A DNA stretch of 20,000 nt from Chiloscyllium plagiosum (Eukaryota): assembly GCF_004010195.1 (NCBI RefSeq), contig NC_057719.1, forward strand, positions 40,524,269 to 40,544,268, written 5' to 3'. The notes below the pieces were generated by a model. It worked only from the letters and a program-made list of their open reading frames with translations, was not told the DNA's origin and did not search any database. Below, piece after piece: positions 1 through 10,955 of this stretch; position 1 is the first letter of the stretch; the number at the start of each line of letters is the position of its first letter. Made by a program: the position numbers and the translations under genes.

Positions 1-840
1 ATGGATGCCTGTGTTTGGAAGCATGTTGGTGCCTAGGTTTAATCATACATACTTGGCTGAGTTGGAATGTGTGGTTTGAAATTCTATTGCCATTTGTATT
101 CAATTTCTGCCAATTCCTGCATTTCAGCATCACAAGTATGTAATTTATATTTGAGTAATGTGCTTTTTAAACATTTTACATATTTCTAGTTTCTAGTTTG
201 TTAGATAATAAAAGCTAACAAATGTTTAATTGGCAGAATCTGTCACATGCAGTATGGCGCATTTGTGAAACTTGTTTGTCGACAGTATTTTTAGAATTCC
301 TGTTCAAATACAGGCAGTTGAATGTCTGTTACTGGTTCCATAACAGCTGCATAAACTTGTCCTCTTCCACCAATGTTAATTCATTCTTCTCAGAACAGAC
401 TGAACCACTGTGAAATTCTCCGCTTCTGACATTAAACGGTATTATAGCATAATTATCACCAAAATACTGAAATTCGTATAGTTTCATGTTATGATGAATT
501 AAAAATGCCACAAAAAGGATACTACATATAGTAAATGACTTTTGTCTAAATTTCAATAACTCATACTCACTTTTCTCGAGTAGTGAAAACAATAAAAAAA
601 ATTTAAAATACTTAGTTTCCGCCTTCTGAACTGACAGGATTCCACATATGTCTCATTTGTCAGATTCATATTCCATCTAATGCAGCTATAGCAGGAATTA
701 GCTATGGTTCTTCATCTGAGCAATTTCTTTGCTAAGTATCATGTCCAAAGAATTAAAAATCAGTTGTATGATTTTCAGTGTTGAAACACATCAGAGTAAA
801 GCTAGGCTTTGGAAATTATATCAAATGTATTCACACAATT

Positions 841-1040
841 ACAGGATTTAAAGTAGTTGGTAGAAGGATTAGAGTGCAATTGAGGCAAAAATCTTTTCAT
901 CCAGAGGGTGGTGTGAATCTGGAATTCTCAGCTTGAAAGGGTGGATGAGACAGCAATGCAAACTCTTCATAGAGGGGCCATTTGAAGAGGTACAGGAGCA
1001 GAGAGGCTGTACTGACATGATGTAGAGCCATGGGGTAACA
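841..1040 (+). mobile_element. Degraded CR1-type LINE 3' fragment (end of ORF2)
   Basis: aaaatcttttcatccagagggtggtgtgaatctggaattctc resembles the CR1 ORF2 C-terminal FFxQRVVxxWNSL region. Boundaries approximate. Confidence 0.65.
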
Positions 1041-1368
1041 GCTCTAGTTTCACGTCTGGCTGTGCTTTTGTGAATTACAACACAGCAGAGGTGATTATTG
1101 TCCCAGAAAGATTTGGAACAACTGGGGCCTCGTCATGACTTACTGTCACTTAAACACAAGTTTTGTGTGGTTTGCTGCAACCACAAAAGACCAAGAAGAA
1201 AGAAACTCAGTGGATTTGGGAAGGAAATGGTGAGCTGTTAGGATAGAACACAGAGAATTCCAGCAACCAGTCACTAAACTCTAAACAATGAATTTAGTAT
1301 TGTCCTGTTCGCATCATATACTTTCTGGCCTGCCAAGCCAGATTTCACACCTGCATCCATTCTTCCAG

Positions 1369-1452
1369 GTTCCCATCTATGAGATGAGAAATGATGGTCA
1401 TGATAATTTGCTTGGAGCACTGCTGATTGCTGGCCTGTATGTAATACCAGAG
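1369..1452 (+). CDS. ASPG: ASPG internal coding exon (about exon 5), 84 nt, phase 0/0: [28 protein letters not shown]
   Basis: Acceptor ttcttccag|GTT and donor GAG|gtaagc. The peptide matches the recalled vertebrate ASPG segment (human [28 protein letters not shown]). Confidence 0.95.
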
Positions 1453-1540
1453 GTAAGCATGTCCTCTTCAGTAAGTTCAGCTTTGGTAATTCAGTCAATA
1501 TACTACCTTTTACTTGTTACTTTTTTATTTAATTATTTAG

Positions 1541-1667
1541 GTTAGTCTCTATTTTCAACACAAATTATACAGAGGAAATCGTGTGACAAAAATAGATGCT
1601 GGAAGTTTTACTGCATTTTCTTCACCTAACCTCCGTCCACTTGTCAATGCTGAAGTGGAAATTAAAG
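1541..1667 (+). CDS. ASPG: ASPG internal coding exon (about exon 6), 127 nt, phase 0/1: [42 protein letters not shown]
   Basis: T-rich tract and tttag|GTT acceptor; donor AAG|gtaaat. Contains the type I asparaginase RGNRxTK and FxSPN motifs. Missed by the ORF track. Confidence 0.95.
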
Positions 1668-2739
1668 GTAAATCACAGTTAGAATTTGAATGTCTAAGAT
1701 TTGATTATTTCCTAATTGGGCAGTATCTTTTCTCCACATATTGAGGAGAAAGAATTAGTAAAAGGAAAAAATAAATAAATGGTGCGTTTATAAGTGATTT
1801 GACAACCTTAATAAATCCTTTTTAGATGTTTGCTACAAGAATAATAAGTGGGACAAGAATTTATATTTTTTGGTTAGGACTGTGCCTTTAGGCTGAATTT
1901 GTGGTCCCATCCCATGCTGTTGGGAGTAGTCACTGGACAGTGATTTTCTTTAATAAAGTTAAGACAATGTGCACATTGCCCATTTAAAGATGGGTGTATA
2001 GGCTCTCAAGGATGGTAAATAAGAGACCTCCTGCCTGGGCGAAACAATAGTATTGTACTTAAGGAAAAGAGTAAGCATCCTGTCAATAATGTTAGCAAGT
2101 TTGAATTGTGAAAAAAATGGCCACAGTTGTTGGGTGACCACTTTGGCCAAGTAGGTGCTGAGTACCTTAAAGGCATTCTGGACTGTTACATGTGCACACA
2201 TTTTCAAAATTCAATAAAACTTTCTGTAACTGTAATATTGGAAGGACATATATTGTGATTTTACTCAATTGAGTCACAATTTCATTTTAGTCCTGCTTTT
2301 CTTGAGTTACAACAGGTACAGTTGGAGTGCAGGAACAAAGGAGAAAGTGGGATAAGAAGGAATAGTGAAAAAGATTAAAAGGTCGGGGAGCAAATGATGT
2401 TAGATGAGTTAGGAATGAAAAATAAGGAGTCCCCCAAGTGTGAGTGGAATCTGAGATGATGGGTGGCTTACAAATTTGGAGAAAAGTACAAATGCCACAC
2501 AGGTTTTAAAATAAAATCAAAAGTAAAATAACTTCCAAATGGGCAGTTCACTTTCCAGATGATAGTATTGTGAACAGCAGCACCATCTAATTACAGTGTT
2601 TTTTAATATTTTAAAATCCCAAAGTGCTTCACTGGCCTGTTATGTAGATCATTTGACACAGATATATAAGAAGATATTAGGACAGATGAGACTTGCTGTT
2701 GTGATAGAACATGTGAAATTGGTGGTTCACTGGATGTCA

Positions 2740-2910
2740 GACTTAGAGGCGTTTAGAAAGTTGGGGAGGGTGATAACCTGGAGGAATTTGATAACAATGA
2801 AAATTTTAAAATCAAACTATTTCTATGTCAGAAGGCAGTGTCGGCAATCAAAAACAGGGCAGCAGTTTTGGATGCACTCAAGTTTACAGAAAATAGAATA
2901 TGGAAGGTCA
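2740..2910 (-). mobile_element. Degraded L2-like LINE fragment
   Basis: aaaattttaaaatcaa...gggcagcagttttggatgcactcaagtttac. The reverse strand gives a KLxxIQNxAA-like L2 ORF2 C-terminal motif. Recognition by eye. Confidence 0.5.
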
Positions 2911-3676
2911 GAATATATTAATAATATGTTAATTATTTGTTGGAATATATTAAGTCCCTGCTTAATGTTGAGTCAATGGGAGCAGACCCAGGCACTCAGC
3001 ACACAGAGCCTCTGCCTGCAGTAATTTTACAGCATCACTGAGAATCTCCTGTTTATGAAGCAGATGGTTTAATCTACTTAACCACTGTGCCATGCATGTT
3101 CTTAATTTAGGCGCCACGTCTCTTGTGTACTTTGCTGTGCTGGCTTCACTACTGCCTTGCTCTGAACTCCATCCAGTGGTGAAAATTAGTCAATACAAAT
3201 TAGTCTAGCTGCTCCCAGAATTAGCTTTTGTCACTAGATGGAGCTGGTCTATAAAACCATACAACACAATAAAGTTGAGCCTAATACTTTTTTACAGAAC
3301 AATTATTTCTTTTTTTACTTTGTGATGCATTTTATTTTGCCAGTTAATTCGTCTGCATGTACAGTGTTGCACCTATGTAGTTCAGTATTTCAACCTTTAC
3401 ATTAGATATTTCTTGCTCAGAAAATACAAGGAACATGATTGTTGCTTTAAAATTGATTCTTATGGGAAACTATAGTTTACTTAAAGTTGTAATTTTCAAG
3501 AATGCAACCACAACTTTGAGGGCGTACTGTCGCTGGGTCTGGAATCAACAGAGATATCATTGAGGGTTTCAGAAAAAGATGTGCTGAGAGGAAACAGAGA
3601 AAATATTAAGGAGATGACAATAGACAGTTTCTGTAAGAGTGGGCATACAGTTTGATATTTCATTGAGGTCAATTGA

Positions 3677-4450
3677 TTTTATTCTTTCATGGGATATCAG
3701 GGTTATTGGCAAATTCAGCATTTGGTATTTAACCCTAATTGTGGCTGAGAAGGTGGTGGTGAGTTGTGTTATTGAACAGATGCAGATCATACAGTGTAGC
3801 TACATCCCAGTGCTGAAGTGAGCTTTCCAGATTTAGACCCAGCAACAGTGAAGAAGTGGTGATATAGTCGTCAGTAGCAGTGGTGAAGGCAGTTTGCAGG
3901 TGGTGGTATTCCCGTGCATCTCTGACTCTTGCCCTTCTTGGTATTAGACTTAGCAGGTCTCAGAGGCACTGTTGAAGGATGCTTGGTGAGTTGTTACATC
4001 TTATATATGGTAAGTATTGTGCACCGCTGGTGGAGGGGATGAGTGTTAAGGTCATAGATGTGCCATTCAAATGAGCTGCTTTATCCTGGATGGTGTTGAG
4101 TATCCTGATTAGTTTTGGAGCAGCATTCACTCACCTTAGAAACTCTAGGCCTCTGACTTACTGTTAAACCCACAGAATTTAAATGATTGAGTTACAATTC
4201 TGATTAGTCAATCTCAGGATGTTGAAGGTGAGGGAATTCTGGGATATTAATGCTCTTGAATGTCAAAGAACGATGGCTAGATTCTTTATCTTTGGAGATG
4301 ATCATTGCCTTACAATACCATGATACATATGTACTTAGCAGCCCAAGCCTGAATATTGTCTGTGAGCATAGACTGCTTCATTACCTGTGGGCTTGAACGA
4401 TACTATTTCTGACCTCACAGTGAAGAAAAGGCTGGATGGATGAAGGTTAT
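3677..4450 (-). mobile_element. CR1/L2-group LINE 3' portion, same family as 8605-9655
   Basis: Reverse-complement similarity to about 9060-9650. For example, gacccagcaacagtgaagaa here pairs with tctttcactgttgctgggtc there, and gagaaggtggtggtgag is shared with the 12.8 kb copy. Confidence 0.75.
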
Positions 4451-6319
4451 TCACTGACCAATAAAGAAATGCAGTCATAAGTATTCCAAGCACATTCTGC
4501 TTTTGACCAATCAGCACACAAGGATTGAAATCACATGTCCTATGATATTACTTTAATTTATTTACCAAAAATAAATTAGCTACATCAGATTCCCAGTTAG
4601 CCTCAGTTACACATGACTACTGCAATAAACAATATGTGTTACACTGTATATAACTTTGCAGTAGATACCTGTGTATTTGAATTTGAGGTTTTACTAATGC
4701 CAAACTTGCTATGTCCATTTTGCTTCCATGGGCTGTGACACAGGCAGACATTTCTACTGTTTGCACTCCTCCATTGATCCTTTCTCATTCTTCTAGTTAC
4801 CTGAACTTCATACCATTTTCATTTTTGGGTCATCTTACAGCATACATTCAGGGGCACTTATCTGGCTGTGGAAAATGGGAATACATTTATATGGTACATC
4901 AGATATTTTTCATATCATTTACTTGTTTGTCTGTAAGGTATAAGGTGTACACTGAATTTGGTAAAGACATATGGTGTATTGTTTTCTTGTAATAAGCAAC
5001 GGGTACATTTAGAGAGCCCAAGCATATTCTAATACTCTTGTTATTATTAATGTGGATGGTATAATGGGAAAATTACTTGTTAGCCTTTTAAATACCGATC
5101 AGAGTCCAATACACTGCTGATTGATTTATACATCTTGCTGTGAGAAAGCATTCAGTCTGAGCACAGCATTTTTAAAAAAATTTGTAAAACTGGTTCAACA
5201 GCCCCAAACAATTATTTTAAGGCTTTTATACTTTGGAAGTTGGCATTGTAGCATTCATTTGGTGGGAGAGAGGTGAAGGCTGGGGAGAATATTTAGAAGC
5301 TGTAAAGTTGGACCAGGATGACCTCCACAGCAAAGACGAACAGAAAACATCAAGGCCACACTGGGAATTAAAAGCAAACATGGAACATAATTATACTCCT
5401 TAGAAAGAAGAGATATCGTGCTTACACATTTGTTGTTAGTAGGTCTGACCACAGAAAGAATGAGGTGGTAGTAGGAATTTTTGGATTTCTTAAATAGAAA
5501 CAAAAATGCATAGAAAATAGACATGAGTGACTTGACATAAAATTAACGTTTTATATGTGATCCTTCATTAGAATACAATATTCTGATGGAAGGAAATCTT
5601 TTCTGTTAGAGTCATGGTCTCTGATGAGCTTTTGCTTCTTCTGTCCTAAATTCTTCATCTCTGAACTTATTTTTTAAAAGTCTGTTCGTTGACTCTGATA
5701 ACATTGATCGTTTTGATTTTTATGGCTGCTAATGTACTCGCTTTCATATTTGATCAATAATAATTGAAGTAGACAGTAAACCTGTAATAATTTGGAAGGA
5801 GAAAGTGGATCACCTTATCTCAGCAAAGTTAGAGAAACCAGGGAATTAGTGCACTGTGAAGAAACAATAAGCTGCAGACATTTCAGTGGCATTTACACAT
5901 GTGCAGAGTTTTTCTTGCTGTTTCAAATATAGTTTTCTTACCTAAAATCAATTTTCTGAAGAATGGGGATAGGAGACAATAGAAAGATTTGGAGTCATAA
6001 CCTTTCACTGCTGCTGAAAGAAAGACATTTTTTGGATTCCCACTGTTCAAACAAATCTGCAACAGTGCTCTTTCAGTACAAAAAGTATTAGATTTTAGTG
6101 ACATTCAACAGTTTCAGCAAAGTTATTCAAATGTGTAATTAATAACAGGGACAATAAGAGATTCTGAATAGTTAGAGTCCAGTGCAAACAATCCTGTTGT
6201 GAATAGTGACAGGCAAGGGTCTTTTGTTCAATGAAATAATCAACACATTTGTAGCAAAATTGACTTAAACTCAAGAGAGATGTCAGATTCTGAGGCTGTA
6301 CTCACGAAAAGAGAGAGCT

Positions 6320-7345
6320 TCTTGAGATTAAGTTTATGAATTATGTCAGGTGAAAAAGCTTAATTCTATACAGGTAATAAATAGGTAAAGGAAGGGTGAC
6401 AAAAACTCGCAGAAGTAAGACGGTTAGAATCTGGTGTTGGAAGAAAAAATTATGTTATTTACTATTGTGAAGGTGCACAGTACAGAAGTAAAGCAGGAAT
6501 CCTTGTAAACATGAGATAACAATGCCCTTTGATCTGAATCATGATCACACCATCTGAGATTGGCCAGATCAGGGTCATTGTCAAATCTCAGATATTGTGA
6601 TCAAGATTAAGATCAAAGGAAAGCCTTTTGATCTGATTATCGTATAGATTTATGTCTGAACACAAGATCACAGTGAGCAGGAAATTGAAGCATTTTATTG
6701 TGACATCCTGAAGAGTTATGATCAAATTAAATCAACTGATGTGGCCAATGTAATGGATGACGTAAACACTAAAATTAGTGAAGGAACCTTTGGAACATTT
6801 GTCAGTCAAAATGGGAAATGATCTGATGGTGATTAGATTAGATTAGTGACAGTGTGGAAACAGGTCCTTCGGCCCAACAAGTCCACACCGACCCGCTGAA
6901 GGGCAACCTACTCTCCAACATTAACCCCTTCACCTAATACTATGGGCAATTTATCTTGGCCAGTTCACCTAACCTGCACATTTTTGGACAGTGGAGGAAA
7001 CCGGAGCACCCGGAGGAAACCCACGCAGACACGGGGAGAGTGTGCAAACTCCACGCAGTCAGTCGCCTGAGGCAGGAACTGAACCCGGGTCTCTGGCGCT
7101 GTGATAATTACCTTCACTGAAAACAGTGAACTTGGAGAAGTCCAGTCAATGTATTTCAAAATCAAATAGATTATATATGATGGGGAAACAGCATTTTATG
7201 ATCAGTATAAATAACATTTCTACGTATCTCATCTCATCATGGCTAAAGACAAATGCTGTAATGAGATGTATGGTGAAGTGTTGGAGCTGAAAACAAATTG
7301 TAAAAATCAGAATTATGCATGAAAAGATGATAGAGGTCCCCCTCA
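6320..7345 (+). mobile_element. RTE-clade non-LTR retrotransposon fossil (APE endonuclease region plus linker), interrupted by a SINE at 6831-7104
   Basis: Manual translation gives AEVRRLESG...YVIYYCEGAQYRSKAGILVN, then ISDIVIKIKIKGKPFDLIIV*IYV*TQDHSEQEIEAFY...VMDDVNTKI. After the SINE it gives TWRSPVNVFQNQIDYI. These match RTE/BovB-type endonuclease motifs (EVRW, QVYAPT, EEFY, GDFNAKV, TWxSPxxxxRNQIDY). Contains stops. Confidence 0.85.
6831..7104 (-). mobile_element. HE1-like (V-SINE superfamily) tRNA-derived SINE, 5'-truncated
   Basis: V-domain core ggaaaccggagcacccggaggaaacccacgcagacac, B box on the minus strand (gggttcagttcc), and (TCTAA)n tail seen as gattagattagattag. Confidence 0.92.
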
Positions 7346-8359
7346 GTAAACCTGAATAAATTGGGACTTATCTATTCCCATGTAATTAAATTTTCATAAT
7401 TGTGATAAATATTAATTATTGCCTCAGTCCAAAATATTAACGTTTTTGAAGTGTAAAGTATAATTACTTCAGATTTTCCATATTGTTTAAGACTTAAAAG
7501 GATGTAATGTTTTTAAAAAGGTATTAATTGTGTCTTTTTTCTCTCCCTTGCTTAATCTTTCTTTCTCTTCGAAATGGCAATTCCTGTCAGACACTACATG
7601 CCTTGATAAATATTGTGTCGTCTTACTATTTTCAGAATTGTACATTTGCATGCGATCATGTGGCCCCTTGATCTCCTGTGGAGTTTCTGTGCTGAAATAT
7701 GGTTCAGTTGACTGCAAATTCCATTGTTAATGCCCATAGAAAATCCATTAACTGATGTATATGTATTGACCAGCTGGAGCCATTCATTCTCACTGACTCC
7801 AATGTCTAAAATGCATTATATTTAGAAGGTTTGGTTTCAGTTAAGTGTTAATTTTTTTATTTGATAGTTTGTTCCAGGGATGTTGTCATAGAGTGTGGAA
7901 TGATTTTGTTGCAAATTTAGATCTATTACTGATACCACCTTCAGATGTGTTACTTGCTTCCATAGTGTGACAGTAACATCCTTTATAGAGACCAAATATC
8001 GGTGTCATTCATAACTGTACTTCTCCAATAACTCAGATCCAGCAAATGCTTCATCGAATTAGGACAGATAGAAATCATTAAACGTTTTGACAGTGTAGGT
8101 TGATAATGTCAAACAGATGCTATGTTTGGATTCACTTAATCCAAACCAAATGATTTACATTTAAATAATATGAAGTTTCTTCTCTGTTTGCTAGACAGTT
8201 CCTCAAGTTTGAGGATGGTTTAATTATAATATTTAGGTCATACTGAGTAAAAATCAAATCATCATAGCAGTTGATTATCTTACACTGACTTCTAAATAAA
8301 TTTTGACATTGCTAACCTCATTGCTTCCATTAAAATTACACATCAGACCCCTTGTCATT

Positions 8360-8600
8360 GCAGCACAGAAGGTTGTGGATTGAAGCCTCGCTTCAGCACT
8401 TGAGCACAGAAACCAAAGTTGCACTGCAGTACCGAAGGACTGCTGCATGGTTAAAGATGTTTTGAATTTGTTCTCTCTGATTAGCGGTACAAAATCCCAT
8501 TGTACTATTTTGAAGAAGACCAGGGAAGTTACCACCAGTGCCCCAGTCAGCATTGGTCACTCCGTCATCTTCACAAAAATAGATATCTGGTAATTGTTGT
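8360..8600 (+). mobile_element. DeuSINE/SacSINE1-like SINE, 5' part
   Basis: cagaaggttgtggattgaag...cttgagcac...tgcagtac...aaaatcccattgtactattttgaagaaga...atctggtaatt, colinear with the copy at 14005-14355. Confidence 0.75.
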
Positions 8601-8604
8601 TTGT

Positions 8605-9655
8605 TTTTTCTGCACTAAAAATTCAAATTCAACCCAGCCATTTATTGTGCCATCGGTTTCCTTTCAGACATCAGAAAAGTAGTACAAGGGATCATAACTG
8701 TGCTGTATCCTGTTCACTAACCGTCAGTTTGGGTTCTGGCATGGTCGCTCAGTTCATGATGTCATTACGGTCTTGGTTCAAATGTGGATAAAAGAGCTGA
8801 ATTCCAGAGGTGAGGTGAGAGTGTTAGCTCTTGACATCAAGGTTACTTTTGACCGGGAGTGGCATCAAGGAGTCCTGGCAAGACTAGAGACAATGGGAAA
8901 GCTCGTCATTGGTTGGAGTCCTACTCAGCACAAAGGAAGATGGTTATGGTTGTTGAAGGTCAGTCATCTCAGCTCCAGGATATCTCTGCAAGAGTTCCTC
9001 AGGGCAGTGCCCTAGGCCCGACCATCTTCAGCTGCTTCATCTATGACTTTCCCTTCACAAGTGGGGATGTTGGCTAATGATTGCACAATGTTCAGCACTA
9101 TTTTCAACTCCAATACTGCAGCAGTCCATGTCTAAATGTAGCAAGACTTGGGCATTATTCAGGCTTGGACTGACAAGTAGCAAGTAATGCCACACAAGTG
9201 CTAGGCATATGCCATATTAAATGAGTGAATCTAACCATTGCCCATTGAAATTCAATGGTGTGGCTATTACTGAATTCCCCAACTATCAATGTCCTGGGGT
9301 TACTATTGATAAGAAGCTGGATTGGATTCGTTATTTAAATATAGTGGCTGCAAGACCCTGCAGTGAATAACTCATCTAGAAGGACAAGGGCAGTAGGTAA
9401 ATGGAAATATCACTGTCTACAAGTGTCCTTCCAAGCCACTCACCATTCCAACTTGGAAATATATTGCCATTCTTTCACTGTTGCTGGGTCAAACTCCTGG
9501 AACTCCCTCCCTAACAGCACTGTAGGTATACCTACACCAAATGGTCTACAGTAATTCAAGAAGGTAACGTCACTGCCTTCTCAAGGGCAACTAGTGATGG
9601 CAATAAATCCTGGCCCAGCTTGGAATACCCATGTCCCCTGAATAAATTTATAAAA
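8605..9655 (+). mobile_element. 5'-truncated CR1/L2-group LINE (degenerate reverse transcriptase to 3' end)
   Basis: Frameshifted RT motifs: NPAIYCAI (NYRPI-like), QFGF, ALDIKVTFDREWHQG, VPQGSALGPTIFSCFIYD, MLANDCTMF (FADD-like) and WNSLPNS. Ends in A-rich gaataaatttataaaa. Confidence 0.9.
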
Positions 9656-9658
9656 TTT

Positions 9659-9790
9659 TCTGTTTATGGGAGTTTACTGTGTGCAAGTAAACAATGTATT
9701 TGCTTTATTCTAATACTGGCTTCACTTCAATTGCCGTACTGCATTTTGTGATATCCTTAAGACTATAAACTATAGGAACATCAAGACTGC
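9659..9790 (+). mobile_element. DeuSINE/SacSINE1-like SINE, 3' part (continuation of 8360-8600)
   Basis: ctgtttatgggagtttactgtgtgcaa matches the segment recalled to follow atctggtcatt in this SINE family. Confidence 0.6.
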
Positions 9791-9952
9791 TCCACCTTTT
9801 GATCATGGCTAATATGTTTCTCCAACTCATTCTCCTGACTCCTCCCTGTGACCCTTGATCCCTGAGATGCTGTGGTTGTATAAGATGCATTTTTTCTTTC
9901 ATTTGCTTTTTGAACTGCAGGTGCAGTGAAATTATATTTGCTTTCTTTCTAG

Positions 9953-10065
9953 TCAACTGGGACACTGTCTGGCGACCAAATACAACTAAGAAGTTCATGG
10001 TACATACTAATATGAATCGAAATGTGGGATTGTTAAGGTTATTCCCAGGAATTACTGCTGCTACG
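9953..10065 (+). CDS. ASPG: ASPG internal coding exon (about exon 7), 113 nt, phase 1/0: (V)NWDTVWRPNTTKKFMVHTNMNRNVGLLRLFPGITAAT
   Basis: Acceptor ctttctttctag|TC and donor ACG|gtaaat. The phase matches the preceding exon (G+TC = Val). VGLLRLFPGI asparaginase motif. Missed by the ORF track. Confidence 0.95.
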
Positions 10066-10533
10066 GTAAATAATTGACAAAAGATTTTGTAGTGATAAAA
10101 ATGAAATTACATCTGTGGCCTGGATTATTTTCTTTGAAGTGGGCCATTTCCTGATGTTGTAATTTGACCTCCTAAATTGCCGTGCCAACCCACCACTTTT
10201 TTTTTTGTCCCTACAGATTTGAGGTACACAGCAGTCAGGGTTACCATCTTCCAAAGCAGATAAAAGGCAGAAGCAGAGATGTATGAAGGCAGCCATTAAA
10301 AGATTATTTCAATTTCATGGAAAATCAGTCCAGTTGTTTGGATGTGTTGTCATCATAAATAACTCCACCGCATAGTCCTCAGTACTGTACAGATTTCCCC
10401 CATTCTACCATCTAGCCCCTCAAACACCCTCTCCATGTTCACTGTCCCAATGTCCACAATGTACAGAACTCTTGAACTTTGGAATATCTTCAAGATGCTC
10501 ATAAAACTATCAATTTAACCAAGACTTTCATAC

Positions 10534-10565
10534 CACCTGTATAATTCAGCACCTGTATAATTCAG
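10534..10565. repeat. Perfect 16-bp tandem duplication (cacctgtataattcag x2)
   Basis: Read directly: 10534-10549 = 10550-10565. Confidence 0.95.
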
Positions 10566-10955
10566 CTCATGTCTCCTTAATGCTGTATAAACTAACTCTG
10601 CTGAATCTATTATTGGGGGTTGTAGCCCATCTAATACTTCATAATGAATTTCCATTACACAGCTGAATAAATAAAACAATTAGTTAAATCCTTTGACGTC
10701 AGTAAAAGTGTTTAGCCAACTGTTTAAGCTTAGAAACAGATGCCTGAGCTGTTATTCAATGTAAAGATTAATTCACAGATGGGAACTGACACAGTCAAAT
10801 CCGAATATTGATGTTATTAATGCAAAAATGCAATGTACTCCCATCCAAATGGAGACTTTTCCACTTTTACAATGCTAGACAACTTATTGGTCACATCTTT
10901 TTTTTTAAACCTTAACACTAATCATTTCATTAAAAAGATCTTTAACTACATAACA

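Noticed and set aside
1060..1190. Two small imperfect hairpins (gctgtg...cacagc; ttttgtgtggtttgc-t-gcaaccacaaaa at 1161-1188)
   Set aside because: The stems are short and bulged, too small for a pre-miRNA, with no snoRNA boxes recognised. They are compatible with chance.
1..1368. Upstream ASPG exon carrying the HGTDT motif
   Set aside because: I found no such coding sequence by eye; it presumably lies 5' of the window.
1288..1545. 85-aa ORF as a standalone gene (likewise ORFs 13355-13600 and 17617-18021)
   Set aside because: Only the portion between splice sites resembles ASPG; the rest is intron read-through.
2596..3024. 142-aa ORF
   Set aside because: No recognisable domain, and it overlaps the antisense strand of an L2-like fragment.
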